The position numbers and the translations under genes are program-made. DNA of 53,713 nucleotides from contig JAQUEX010000001.1 in NCBI GenBank assembly GCA_028684935.1, positions 1-53,713 on the forward strand. The letters run 5' to 3'. Below the pieces are notes generated by a model. That model did not search any database. It saw nothing but the letters and a program-made list of their open reading frames with translations, and was not told where the DNA came from. This stretch comes from Kiritimatiellia bacterium. Its GTDB lineage: Bacteria; Verrucomicrobiota; Kiritimatiellia; RFP12; UBA1067. Positions 43,778 to 52,751 of the stretch are shown piece after piece (position 1 is the stretch's first letter; every line of letters starts with the position of its first letter).

Positions 43778-44959
43778 TTATGCGTGTTGCGCGACTTCCG
43801 CCAGCGCGCGGCCGGCGGCGCGGCAGGCTTCCAGCGTTACGGCATCCGGCGCGAAGCGGCAGGCGAGCGGCTCGCGCACCGGTTTCATCTGCATGGCCTC
43901 CAGATAGCGCGCGGCCTCTTCGGAGCCTTTCGCGGCCCAGCCGTGAGAGCCGAACGCGAAGCCCGCCTTGCCCAGCGGCTTGAGCCCGCGCAGATAGGTC
44001 AGCGTCGCGGCCATGCGCGGCATGATCCCCATGTTGAGCGTGGCCGACCCCGCCGCGAACGCCGCGCAGTCCATCACCTCGGTGACGATCTGCGTGTCAT
44101 GCGTAGCGTCCACATTGATGAGCTTGACCTCGACCGGCAATTCTTGGGCACCCGCCGCCACGGCCTCGGCCATCACTCGCGTGCTGCCCCACATGCTGCA
44201 GTAGGCGACCACGACCTTGCGGGCGGGCTTGCAGACCATCCACGCCTGATACGCGGCGAGGATCGTGTCAAAGTGGCTGCGCCAGATCACGCCGTGGCTC
44301 GGGGCCACCATCTTGAGCGTCAGGCCGCCCAAGCGCGCGAGGGCCGTGGCCACCGGCCGGCCGTAGGGCAGCACGATGTTGGCGTAGTAGGTCTTTGCCT
44401 CCTGCATCACCTCGCACAGATCCGACTCATCGTCAAAGCGGAACCCCGACGCGTAATGCTGGCCAAAGGCGTCCATCGAGAAGAGGATGCCCTCCTCGAC
44501 CAGATAGGTGACCATCGACTCGGGCCAATGAACCATCGGCGTGTCGAAGAACTGGAGCGTCCGGCTGCCCAGAGAGAGCGTTTCGGTGTCCGCGACCACC
44601 TGAACCTTCCAGTCGCGGGTGTCATAATGGCGGGCCAGCGCGTCCTTGCACTTGGCGTTGCAAAGCAGCGTCGCGCTGGGGCAGGCGCGCATCACGGACG
44701 GCAGGCCGCCCGAGTGGTCCGGCTCGGCATGGTTGCAGACGATGTAATCGACCTTCTCCAGCGGCACGTGCGACTGGATCTGCTGCAGCAGTTCCGCGAC
44801 ATACGGCGCCTTGACCGCATCGATCAGCGCCGTTTTTTCGTCTACGACCAGATAGGCGTTGTAGGTCGAGCCCCGCCCGGTCTTATACCCGTGAAAATCG
44901 CGCACCGCCCAGTCGATCATCCCGGTCCAAAAAACGTTGTCAGCAAGTTTCGTATTCAT
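43778..44959 (-). CDS. flavodiiron protein (A-type flavoprotein: metallo-beta-lactamase-like + flavodoxin domains)
   Basis: 'YLVVDEKTALIDAV...VDYIVCNHAEPDHSGGL' is the diiron site motif, and the C-terminus is flavodoxin-like ('VVVAYCSMWGSTRVMAEAV'). Confidence 0.8.
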   Translation of the reverse strand: MNTKLADNVFWTGMIDWAVRDFHGYKTGRGSTYNAYLVVDEKTALIDAVKAPYVAELLQQIQSHVPLEKVDYIVCNHAEPDHSGGLPSVMRACPSATLLCNAKCKDALARHYDTRDWKVQVVADTETLSLGSRTLQFFDTPMVHWPESMVTYLVEEGILFSMDAFGQHYASGFRFDDESDLCEVMQEAKTYYANIVLPYGRPVATALARLGGLTLKMVAPSHGVIWRSHFDTILAAYQAWMVCKPARKVVVAYCSMWGSTRVMAEAVAAGAQELPVEVKLINVDATHDTQIVTEVMDCAAFAAGSATLNMGIMPRMAATLTYLRGLKPLGKAGFAFGSHGWAAKGSEEAARYLEAMQMKPVREPLACRFAPDAVTLEACRAAGRALAEVAQHA

Positions 44960-45001
44960 GTGGCGTCTCTCCCGATCAAAAAAATGGAGCCTTCAGGATA
45001 A

Positions 45002-45033
45002 CTTTTTGAGGCTGCGGATGCCACCTCAAAAAG
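45002..45033 (-). terminator. 10-bp perfect hairpin immediately after the HprK-like gene (candidate terminator/insulator)
   Basis: CTTTTTGAGG (45002-45011) and CCTCAAAAAG (45024-45033) flank a 12-nt loop. A T7 run on the minus strand lies about 20 nt further downstream. Confidence 0.4.
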
Positions 45034-45036
45034 GCT

Positions 45037-45900
45037 TCAGCGCGGCAGGTCGCGGCAGACAGCCTCGACCGCCGACACGTCGGGCCGGAACCGCAGCAAG
45101 GCGACCGGCACCTCGCGGATCACCGTTTCCAGCGTCTGGATCAGGGGATCAAAGAACGCCTGATCCATCCACGGCACCAGTGCCACATCCAGCAGCCGCA
45201 GCACCGCCTCGCGGGTGGTCAGGGGCAGGATCTCCTGCGCGGAGCCATGCTCAATGAAGTAGATCTTTTTCAGCGGGGCCGACTCCTTCGCGACAAAGCC
45301 GCCCGAACTGGGCCACGGCGAGCCGTACACCCTGAACCCGCCCCCGTCGCGTCGAAGAAGCGGACGCTCATCCGTCAGGACCGTCCGGCCACACTGGTGG
45401 AACAACCGCGAAATCGTGCTCTTACCCCGGCCAGACGGCCCCGTGCAGATAATGCCCGAGCCGTCAATCACCTGCGCCGAACCGTGCAGAACCAGACCGC
45501 CGAGCGGCAGCAGGCGCAGCACCAGCGCCAGAATAGCCACGATGCCGAAGGTCCCGTACGCCTCATTGCGATACATCTCCGTAAAGGCGGTGGGATGCCA
45601 CTCGAACCGGAGATGCTCAAACGGCGCACGGCCCGTCATCCGCCACATGACTTCACCGGTCGGATTGGCGCCCATGAGGCAGGCCTCGCCGTCCCGCTGC
45701 TCGAAATGCCACGCGCCGCGGGCGCGCGCCCGACAGAGTTCAGGGTTTTCGCCGCTGCACGCAACGGTGCAACGCACGTCGGCAGGCAATGCGGTATCCG
45801 CGAGAAAAGGGAGATAATGGGGGTTGAAATCGTCCGCTGTCAGGCACGTAAATATAAAACGCACGCCTGCCAGATCACAGGTAAACGGGTTTTGCGGCAT
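45037..45900 (-). CDS. HPr-kinase-C-terminal-like P-loop protein (HprK-related kinase family), N-terminal domain unknown
   Basis: 'LVLHGSAQVIDGSGIICTGPSGRGKSTISRLF' matches the lHg..v...g.GvLi.G.SG.GKSt motif of the HprK C-terminal domain. 287 aa. Confidence 0.6.
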   Translation of the reverse strand: MPQNPFTCDLAGVRFIFTCLTADDFNPHYLPFLADTALPADVRCTVACSGENPELCRARARGAWHFEQRDGEACLMGANPTGEVMWRMTGRAPFEHLRFEWHPTAFTEMYRNEAYGTFGIVAILALVLRLLPLGGLVLHGSAQVIDGSGIICTGPSGRGKSTISRLFHQCGRTVLTDERPLLRRDGGGFRVYGSPWPSSGGFVAKESAPLKKIYFIEHGSAQEILPLTTREAVLRLLDVALVPWMDQAFFDPLIQTLETVIREVPVALLRFRPDVSAVEAVCRDLPR

Positions 45901-45934
45901 GAGTGCAATTCAGCATTCGCCCGGCTCGAAGCAC

Positions 45935-46078
45935 TTATTTCACATTGCCGGAATTGATGCCGAGCGTCCCGATCTGCTCAGCCTTGAAGGTGCCGCCCAC
46001 GCCGAGCTTCACCTCGCTGGCATCCGCCACCTCAAACCGTTTTTTCGATGTCTTCGCGAAAGCGTCAGATTTGGCCAT
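45935..46078 (-). CDS. small 47-aa peptide gene, missed by the ORF track
   Basis: The sequence is MAKSDAFAKTSKKRFEVADASEVKLGVGGTFKAEQIGTLGINSGNVK. A strong SD (AAAGAGGTGGAAC) precedes the ATG at 46078. Third-position GC bias is largely genome-like. It ends 34 nt before the HprK-like start. Confidence 0.5.
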   Translation of the reverse strand: MAKSDAFAKTSKKRFEVADASEVKLGVGGTFKAEQIGTLGINSGNVK

Positions 46079-46201
46079 GTTCCACCTCTTTTAAAGAATC
46101 TAAACCGGAGTTTACGCGGAATCCGTGCCGCCTGTCAACCCCTGATTGAGAAATTCGCAAGATCGACAAATAAGGCCCTGAAACGGTATAGTGACTGATT
46201 T

Positions 46202-47149
46202 ATGGGGGGTGGTGTGATCAGGCTTGGGCTGTGCTGCAAATTTCATCGCGAACCGATCGCGTTCAAGACCACGACGGCCGCCGCGCTGGCCCGCCTGCCG
46301 CGCGCGCGGCAGCTTGACAAACTGGCGGCGCTGGCGCTGGCCAACGCCGACGCCCTGCAGCGCGCGCTGGCCTACTGTGCCGATCACGGGATCGGCGCGT
46401 TCCGCGTCAACAGCCAGATCCTGCCCGTCAAAACCCACCCGCAACAGGGGTATGCGGTCGGCGACCTGCCGGAGAGCGGGGCCATTGTGGCGGCTTTCGA
46501 GGCGTGCGGACGCTTCGCGCGCCGGCATGGCCTGCGGCTGACCTTCCACCCGGACCAGTTCATCCTGTTGAGCGCGCCCGACCCCGAAATCGTACGCAGG
46601 TCGGTCCTGGACCTGATCTACCAGACGGAGGTCGCCGACTGGATCTGTGCCGACGTGATCAACATCCATGCGGGCGGCGGGTACGGCGACAAACCGGCCG
46701 CGCTGGCGCGGCTCGCGGCCGCCTTGGCGTCGCTTCCCGTCGCCGTGCGCGCGCGGCTGACGCTGGAGAACGACGACCGCATCTACACGCCGGCCGACCT
46801 GCTGCCTTTCTGCGAGACGACCGGGACCCCGTTCGTTTACGACGTCCACCACCACCGCTGCCTGCCGGACGGGCTCACTGTGTCGGCCGTCACGGCGCGC
46901 GCACGAGCAACGTGGGACCGCGAGCCGCTCCTGCACGTCTCCTCCCCCAAAGAGGGCTACGGCAGCCGCCGGCCCGGTCCGCACCACGACTTCATCGACC
47001 CGGATGATTTTCCTGAAGAGTGGCGCGCGCTGGATGCGACGGTCGAGGTTGAGGCCAAGGCCAAGGAGGTTGCCATCGAACGTCTGCAGGCGGCGCTTGC
47101 CGCCCGCGGCGTGCCGCTCACAGCCCCAGGCTCTCGGCCACCCGCGTGA
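46202..47149 (+). CDS. uvdE: UV damage endonuclease UvdE/UvsE
   Basis: 'IRLGLCCKF...IAFKTTT...' at the N-terminus and 'VINIHAGG...RLTLENDD...FVYDVHHH' are UvdE TIM-barrel motifs. Confidence 0.8.
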   Translation: MGGGVIRLGLCCKFHREPIAFKTTTAAALARLPRARQLDKLAALALANADALQRALAYCADHGIGAFRVNSQILPVKTHPQQGYAVGDLPESGAIVAAFEACGRFARRHGLRLTFHPDQFILLSAPDPEIVRRSVLDLIYQTEVADWICADVINIHAGGGYGDKPAALARLAAALASLPVAVRARLTLENDDRIYTPADLLPFCETTGTPFVYDVHHHRCLPDGLTVSAVTARARATWDREPLLHVSSPKEGYGSRRPGPHHDFIDPDDFPEEWRALDATVEVEAKAKEVAIERLQAALAARGVPLTAPGSRPPA

Positions 47150-48092
47150 AATCGGCCGGCGGCGGCGCGCGGAAATCGAGCGCGACACCGCTCACCGGAT
47201 GCGCGAACGCCAGGTGCGCCGCATGCAGCATCTGCCGGCGCGGCGGCTGCGGCAAGCGCCGGTCCGCCGCCGGCCGCCCGTACAGCGCGTCCCCGACCAG
47301 CGGGCATCCCAGCGCCTGCATGTGCACGCGGATCTGGTGCGTGCGTCCGGTCTCGATGCGACAACGCACCCAAGTGACGCCTTCCCCCAAGCGCCGCACC
47401 ACCGTGTAGTGCGTGACCGCCTGCCGCCCGTTGGCGCGCACCACGGCCATGCGTTTGCGCTCCACCGGATGCCGGCCGATCAGCCCGCTCACGGTGCCCG
47501 TCTCGCGCGGCGGCGCGCCGTGCACAAGCGCCTCGTACTCCTTGGTGATGCCCCCGGTCTGAAACAGCCGCACCAGCCCGGCCATCGCCGCATCGTTCTT
47601 CGCGACAACCAGCAGCCCTGAGGTCTCTTTGTCCAGCCGGTGCACGATGCCCGGACGCTCCACGCCGCCGACCCCGCCGAGGTCGCGGCAATGGTGCAGC
47701 AGCGCGTTGACCAAGGTGCCGTCCGCATGCCCCGGCGCGGGATGCACCACCAGCCCGGCCGGCTTGTTGAGCACCAGCAGATCACGGTCCTCGTAAAGGA
47801 TGTCGAGCGGGATCGCCTGCGGCTGCGGCACGGCCGGCTGCGGCGCGGGCACGTCGATCGCGAAGGCCTGTCCGGCCTTGACCGGCGCGTTGGCTTTGAC
47901 CGGCCCGCCCGCACACGTCACCCGCCCCTCCTTGATCAACGCCTGAATGCGCGCGCGAGAGAGGCCGGCCGCCTGCGCGGCCAGCCAGGCATCAAGCCGG
48001 CCGGTCGCGCCTTCCGGCACCGTGAAGGACCAGACGGAACCGTTGTCGGTCTCCGCCTCGTCCCCCGCGTTATCCCAAAGATCTTCTTGCAT
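47118..48092 (-). CDS. rluD: RluA-family 23S rRNA pseudouridine synthase (RluD-like) with an N-terminal S4 domain
   Basis: 'RLDAWLA...SRARIQALIKEGRV' is the S4 domain. 'LLVLNKPAGLVVHP' and 'GIVHRLDKETSGLLVVAKN' are the catalytic Asp motif. Confidence 0.8.
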   Translation of the reverse strand: MQEDLWDNAGDEAETDNGSVWSFTVPEGATGRLDAWLAAQAAGLSRARIQALIKEGRVTCAGGPVKANAPVKAGQAFAIDVPAPQPAVPQPQAIPLDILYEDRDLLVLNKPAGLVVHPAPGHADGTLVNALLHHCRDLGGVGGVERPGIVHRLDKETSGLLVVAKNDAAMAGLVRLFQTGGITKEYEALVHGAPPRETGTVSGLIGRHPVERKRMAVVRANGRQAVTHYTVVRRLGEGVTWVRCRIETGRTHQIRVHMQALGCPLVGDALYGRPAADRRLPQPPRRQMLHAAHLAFAHPVSGVALDFRAPPPADFTRVAESLGL

Positions 48093-48108
48093 GGGAGGTC
48101 ACCCTGCC

Positions 48109-49236
48109 TCACGACTGCGGACGGAACGTCAACAGGAACCCGCCGTCCCGCGCCAGATCCAGCGCCACGCGCACATCCGGCGCCTGCGCCGCGAATGTCT
48201 CTTGAACAACCGCTCCGGCTTCGCCAGCGATCGGGTCGCGCAGGATCTCGACCGTATAATGCGGCGCGCGCCATTCGGCCGGTGTGCGCAGCCAGAGATC
48301 TTCAACGCGCACCGTCAGCGTCTTCGCCGCAGCGGTGATCCCGGCAACCCGCCACACCGCGCCCTGCCTGCGCGCGCCCACCGCGAACTCGCCGGGCTCG
48401 CCCCGCATCATCCAGAAGGCGTCGCAGGCGGCTTCGCGGTCGATCAGCGTCTCGAACGCCGCGCGGTACGCGGGCGTGAGCGCCGCGCCGAACGCGGGCG
48501 CCGGCAGCGCGTTCCGCGTAAACGGCACCGTGAGAAACAGATGGTCGCAGCCCTGCCGGCCGTCCGCAACGTTCAGCGCCGCGACAGACGCCAGCGCTGC
48601 GAACCGGCGCTCCGCCAGGTCGCCCGGCCGGTCAAAGAAAACCACATGCCGCTCCAGGCCGTGCCGCCAGAAAGCGACCCCTTTGCCGTCCGGCGTGAAA
48701 AGCACCTGCGGAAGAGGGCCAGCGATCAGAGGCCGGAGGTCAGAGGTCGGCCCGGCACCCGGATCATTGGGGGGCAGCCTTTGAGCGTTGAACATTGAAC
48801 GTTGAGCGTTGGGCGTTGCCTCAGGCCCCAGCAGCACAGAGCCGACCGGGAAGCGCGTGACGCCGATGTCTTCGGCGTCCGGACGGCGTTTGCGCGGCTG
48901 ACGGACGGCGCAGAACGCGCTCAGGTCCGTCACGCGCAGCGTGAGTTCCAACTCGCGGCCGTCGCGCGCCGCGAAGCGCGCGACCAGCGAGCGCCCCGGT
49001 CCGAGGCCGGTCTGCGGCCGGTGGCGGGAAACCTTCACCAAGCTCAGGCCGTAGCCGAGGGGCCCGTCCCCGGTCATCAGGCCGGCAGTCGACGTGTCCA
49101 CCACGGCGCAGCCGTCAACCCACACGCGCCACACCGGACACGCGGGATAGACGGTCGATCCGATCCACACCGTCTCCACAGCCACTTCGGCGCGCACGCG
49201 ACCGGCGGGCGAGAAGAGTGTTTGGGGCTCGGCCAC
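48109..49236 (-). CDS. hypothetical beta-rich protein; start uncertain (GTG at 49236 proposed)
   Basis: This is the only non-Arg-rich frame across the interval. The N-terminal part of the 424-aa track ORF overlaps rpsA and was trimmed. It has no signal peptide. A faint resemblance to GH97 N- and C-terminal beta-sandwich regions is not firm enough to call. Confidence 0.4.
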   Translation of the reverse strand: MAEPQTLFSPAGRVRAEVAVETVWIGSTVYPACPVWRVWVDGCAVVDTSTAGLMTGDGPLGYGLSLVKVSRHRPQTGLGPGRSLVARFAARDGRELELTLRVTDLSAFCAVRQPRKRRPDAEDIGVTRFPVGSVLLGPEATPNAQRSMFNAQRLPPNDPGAGPTSDLRPLIAGPLPQVLFTPDGKGVAFWRHGLERHVVFFDRPGDLAERRFAALASVAALNVADGRQGCDHLFLTVPFTRNALPAPAFGAALTPAYRAAFETLIDREAACDAFWMMRGEPGEFAVGARRQGAVWRVAGITAAAKTLTVRVEDLWLRTPAEWRAPHYTVEILRDPIAGEAGAVVQETFAAQAPDVRVALDLARDGGFLLTFRPQS

Positions 49237-49265
49237 GGCAGCGCCTTTCGTTTGATCCGCCGATG

Positions 49266-50708
49266 CTACAGCTTCAGGTTCGCGAAGGCGTCGCCAAGCG
49301 AACCGAGTCCGCCGCCGCCCTTGTTGCTCGCGAGCCAAGTCGAAACGTCGTCCTCCGCCTCGCCGCCGCCGCGCGTCTCCCATTTAACCGGCAGCGTGAG
49401 CGAGATGCGGTCGCCCTCGACCGACTTGACCACCACCTCGATCTTGCTTGACGGCGGGAACTGGCGCTCCAGTTTCGCGGCCGGATTGCCGCCCTTGGGG
49501 ATGTCGGTCTCGCTGATGTGCAGCAGGCCGGTCTTCTCCTCCGAAAGGCGGACGAAGAGCCCGAAGGGCTGGATCGACTCGACGATGCCCTCGACCTTCG
49601 CGCCTTCGGCCAGTTCGCCGGGCTGCAGCGCTTTGACGCGCTCATCCACCGGCCGCAGGCTGAACCGGCGGCGCTCGAGGTCCACGCTGTCAACCTGCAG
49701 CAGCAGCTCCTGGCCTTCGGTCACGACTTCGCGTGCGGACATCAGACGCCGGCCGCCGCCCAGCTTGCCGATCGGAATCAGGCCCTCGACGCCGGGAATG
49801 AGCTGGGCGAACGCGCCGAAGCGCTCGAGTTTCGTGATCGTGCCCACAAAGGTCGTGCCTTGCGGGAAACGCGCCACCGCGTCGTTCCAGGGATCGCCCT
49901 GCGCGCCGCGCAGGCTGAGCGAGATGCGGTTGCGCGCCCAGTCCAAATCCTTGATCTGCACGTCGACCCGGTCGCCCGCCTTGACCACATCCTCAGGCTT
50001 CACGTCGCGGCCCCAGGCGATCTCCTTGAGCGGGATCAAGCCCTCCGCGCCGCCGAGTTCGACAAACACGCCGAACTCCACGATGCGCGTGACCGTGCCG
50101 GTGGCGACCATGCCGACATAGAGGTCGGCCACCAGTTCTTCGCGCTGCGCCTCGCGCTCTTTCTCCAGCAGGGCGCGGCGGCTGACGATCACGTTGGGGC
50201 CGCGTTCGTCGTCGCCGTATTCCGTGATCAGGAAGTTGAAAGTGTGACCGATATACTCGGCACCCTCCTGACGGAAGAGATTGATCTGCGAGAAGGGGCA
50301 GAAGGCGCGCTTGCCGGCGACCGTCACCTCATAGCCGCCGTTGATCTCCTTTTCGACGCGCCCTTCAACCGGCATCTGGCGCTGATAGGCGTCCGCCAGC
50401 GACCGGTCGACCACCTGCTTGGCATTGATGCTGCCGGAAAAGAGGAACGCGCCGTTCTGCATGCCGGCGAAAATCACCTCGACGGTGTCGCCGACCGCGC
50501 AGCGCAGCGTGCCGTCTTCAAGGGTCATGTCCGCGAGCGGGACCAGCCCCTCGCGCTTCGCGTTGACATCCAGCGTCACATACTGGTTGTTGATGTTGCT
50601 GACCGTCCCGCGCACCCGGTCCCCCGGGTTGAACCCCTTGTGATAGGTGCTCAACTGCGCACTCAACAACGACTCGAAATCCGCCATCGACACTTTTTTA
50701 TCGCTCAT
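49266..50708 (-). CDS. rpsA: 30S ribosomal protein S1
   Basis: Repeated S1 OB-fold motifs (GDRVRGTV..., GTVTRIVEFGVFVEL, GTITKLERFGAFAQL, VEGIVESIQPFGLFVRL). Start trimmed to the ATG at 50708. Confidence 0.85.
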   Translation of the reverse strand: MSDKKVSMADFESLLSAQLSTYHKGFNPGDRVRGTVSNINNQYVTLDVNAKREGLVPLADMTLEDGTLRCAVGDTVEVIFAGMQNGAFLFSGSINAKQVVDRSLADAYQRQMPVEGRVEKEINGGYEVTVAGKRAFCPFSQINLFRQEGAEYIGHTFNFLITEYGDDERGPNVIVSRRALLEKEREAQREELVADLYVGMVATGTVTRIVEFGVFVELGGAEGLIPLKEIAWGRDVKPEDVVKAGDRVDVQIKDLDWARNRISLSLRGAQGDPWNDAVARFPQGTTFVGTITKLERFGAFAQLIPGVEGLIPIGKLGGGRRLMSAREVVTEGQELLLQVDSVDLERRRFSLRPVDERVKALQPGELAEGAKVEGIVESIQPFGLFVRLSEEKTGLLHISETDIPKGGNPAAKLERQFPPSSKIEVVVKSVEGDRISLTLPVKWETRGGGEAEDDVSTWLASNKGGGGLGSLGDAFANLKL

Positions 50709-50858
50709 CTTTTGCTCCAGAAAGAGGGATAGGATACGCCATTCGGCCGTAGACATGCAATCCGTAAGGTGGCGTCTTTTCCGCCTTGCCCGGCACCGCA
50801 TTCCATGCCAAACTTACGCCTCGACGGTTATGATTCAACCAGAGGGAGATCGGGCAGT

Positions 50859-51926
50859 ATGAACGTTTTGGCATATATCGGTTGTTACACGGATGAGAAA
50901 AAGACGGGCATCCATATCTTTGATGCCGACACAGAGAGCGGCGCGTTCCGTCCGGTCGGCTGTGTGGCAGGCATTGAAAACGCGATCTACCTCACCCTCA
51001 ATAAGGCCCGGACACGCCTGTATGCCGGGCTCGGCCTGCCTGCGCTGGGCGCACCCGGCAAGAACGGCGCCGTGGCCGCTTATGCCATCCAAGGCGACAC
51101 CCTGCTGCCGCTCAACCACAAGCCGATCGGCGTGACGCCGCCCTGCTACGTCGCGCTCGACCCCGCCGAGCGGGCCCTGGTCTTCGCCGAATACACGAAT
51201 GCCGTCTCGGGTGTCTTCGAACTGGACGCCGACGGACGGCTCGCCGACACGCCGCCCGCGACCGTGACGCACACCGGCCGCGGACCGGACCCCAAACGCC
51301 AGGAAAAGGCGCACGCCCACTGCGCCGAAGTCTCGCCGGACGGACGGCACCTGTGCGTCTGCGATCTCGGCATCGACCGGGTCAAGGTGTACGATTTCCC
51401 TGCGCGCGCGGCGGGACTCAAAGAACGCCCCGCGCTCGCCATCGCCAGCGCCGGCGGCGCTGGCCCGCGCCACCTCCTCTTCCACCCGAACCGCAGGACC
51501 GCCTACCTGCTGCACGAACTGAACAACACGATCTCGTCGTTCCTCTACACCGGCGATGCCTTCGTCCACGTTCAGACGATCGCCATGCTGCCGCCTGACT
51601 TCACCGAATACAGCAAAGCCTCCGCCCTCAAGCTTTCGGCGGACGGACAACGCCTTTTCGGCTCAAACCGCGGCCACGACAGCATCGCGGCCTACGACAT
51701 CGACCCCGAAACCGGCAAGATGTCCCTGCTGGCCATCTCCCGGCTGGCCGGCGCCTCGCCGCGCGATTTTGAATTCATGCCCGGCGAGAAGTTTGTGCTG
51801 CTCGGCCACGAAAACTCGAACGCGCTCATGTCTTACGCCTACGACCGGGCGACCGGGCGCTTTACGCCGGCCCACGGGCCGTTTGCGCTGTACCGCCCGG
51901 TCTATGTCAAATTCGGCACGCCTTGA
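50859..51926 (+). CDS. pgl: lactonase, 7-bladed beta-propeller (6-phosphogluconolactonase-like)
   Basis: 'YIGCYTDEK...GIHIF' at the N-terminus and 'AHCAEVSPDGRHLCVCDLGIDRVKVYDF', 'PRHLLFHPN', 'SNRGHDSIAAYDI' are typical of the YbhE/Pgl lactonase family. Start trimmed to the ATG at 50859. Confidence 0.7.
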   Translation: MNVLAYIGCYTDEKKTGIHIFDADTESGAFRPVGCVAGIENAIYLTLNKARTRLYAGLGLPALGAPGKNGAVAAYAIQGDTLLPLNHKPIGVTPPCYVALDPAERALVFAEYTNAVSGVFELDADGRLADTPPATVTHTGRGPDPKRQEKAHAHCAEVSPDGRHLCVCDLGIDRVKVYDFPARAAGLKERPALAIASAGGAGPRHLLFHPNRRTAYLLHELNNTISSFLYTGDAFVHVQTIAMLPPDFTEYSKASALKLSADGQRLFGSNRGHDSIAAYDIDPETGKMSLLAISRLAGASPRDFEFMPGEKFVLLGHENSNALMSYAYDRATGRFTPAHGPFALYRPVYVKFGTP

Positions 51927-52061
51927 CTATCCGGGGCGACTGTGTTTCACTAGTCCGTCTGATTTCTCCTCCCGCCCGCACCTCTGTGACGGGCGCGGCC
52001 GGGGGTTTTGAACCGCGGCCTTTCTGTTGCGCCGCCGACAGATAAAAAGGAAGCTTACACG

Positions 52062-52712
52062 ATGTTTAGCAAGAAAAAGAACCCTGACCCTGACGCCACA
52101 GCCAGCCCCGTGACGCCCGAGCCGGACGAGACGCCGGCGACGGAAGCCGCGGGCGGCGAAGCCGACACCGCCGCCCCTGCAGAGTCCTCGGACCGCGCCG
52201 CGCAGGCGGACGCGCCGGCCGAACCCACCGCCCCGGACGCGCAGGAACTGCTGCTCCTGAAAGACCGCTACGCGCGCCTGATGGCCGATTTCGACAACTA
52301 TCGCAAGCGCCAACTCCGCGAACGCGAAGATTGGATCAAACGCGCCAACGAGGAGCTGCTCGGTGACCTGCTCCCGGTGATCGACCACCTCGAGCTGGCG
52401 CTGGCCCAGGCGACCGACCCCGCATCGCCGTTTGTCGTGGGTGTCAAGCTGGTCTACGACCAGTTTCTCGCCCTGCTCGACCGCCACGGCATGGTGCCGC
52501 TGGACGCGAAGGGCGAGCCCTTCGACCCCTCCTACCACGAAGCCCTCTCCCAAATGAATTCCGCCACGGTCCCGGCCAACATCGTCATGGACCAGTTCCG
52601 CCGCGGCTGGCTGCTCGGCGGACGCCTGCTGCGCCCCGCGCAGGTCATCGTCTCCGCCGGCGCGCCCGACCCCGTGATCGCCGACAACGAACCGTCTAAC
52701 GTAACGGACTAA
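52062..52712 (+). CDS. grpE: nucleotide exchange factor GrpE
   Basis: 'LKDRYARLMADFDNYRKRQLRE...LLPVIDHLELAL' is a GrpE signature. Start trimmed to the ATG at 52062, which has an AAAAAGGAAG SD. Confidence 0.85.
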   Translation: MFSKKKNPDPDATASPVTPEPDETPATEAAGGEADTAAPAESSDRAAQADAPAEPTAPDAQELLLLKDRYARLMADFDNYRKRQLREREDWIKRANEELLGDLLPVIDHLELALAQATDPASPFVVGVKLVYDQFLALLDRHGMVPLDAKGEPFDPSYHEALSQMNSATVPANIVMDQFRRGWLLGGRLLRPAQVIVSAGAPDPVIADNEPSNVTD

Positions 52713-52751
52713 CCCGAACCCGGACGCTCCCTTAGCCCCCCCTTCCGCTAT

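Noticed and set aside
45935-46078. The small peptide considered as a lasso-peptide precursor.
   Set aside because: There is a Thr two residues before a Gly (..IGT-L-GINSGNVK), but the would-be core is too short and lacks the Asp/Glu needed for the macrolactam. No lasso cyclase, leader peptidase or PqqD-like gene is nearby. It is kept only as a generic candidate substrate of the kinase-like protein.
45903-46094. 63-aa + strand ORF antisense to the small peptide gene.
   Set aside because: It has no SD, an odd composition (Ser/Pro/Phe-rich) and lies exactly opposite a better-supported minus-strand ORF.
47118-47149. 32-bp convergent 3' overlap of uvdE and rluD.
   Set aside because: Short convergent overlaps are common in compact high-GC genomes and depend on exact stop positions. 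There is no further signal.
48109-49236. Calling the hypothetical protein a GH97-family glycosidase or pseudogene.
   Set aside because: Only a vague resemblance of the N- and C-terminal beta-rich segments was recognised by eye. No catalytic TIM-barrel motifs are visible and the length is about half of a GH97 enzyme. It is left as hypothetical.
51927-52061. Search for a CIRCE element (TTAGCACTC-N9-GAGTGCTAA) upstream of grpE-dnaJ.
   Set aside because: No match was found. Only short GC-rich hairpins are present and no hrcA gene is in the window.
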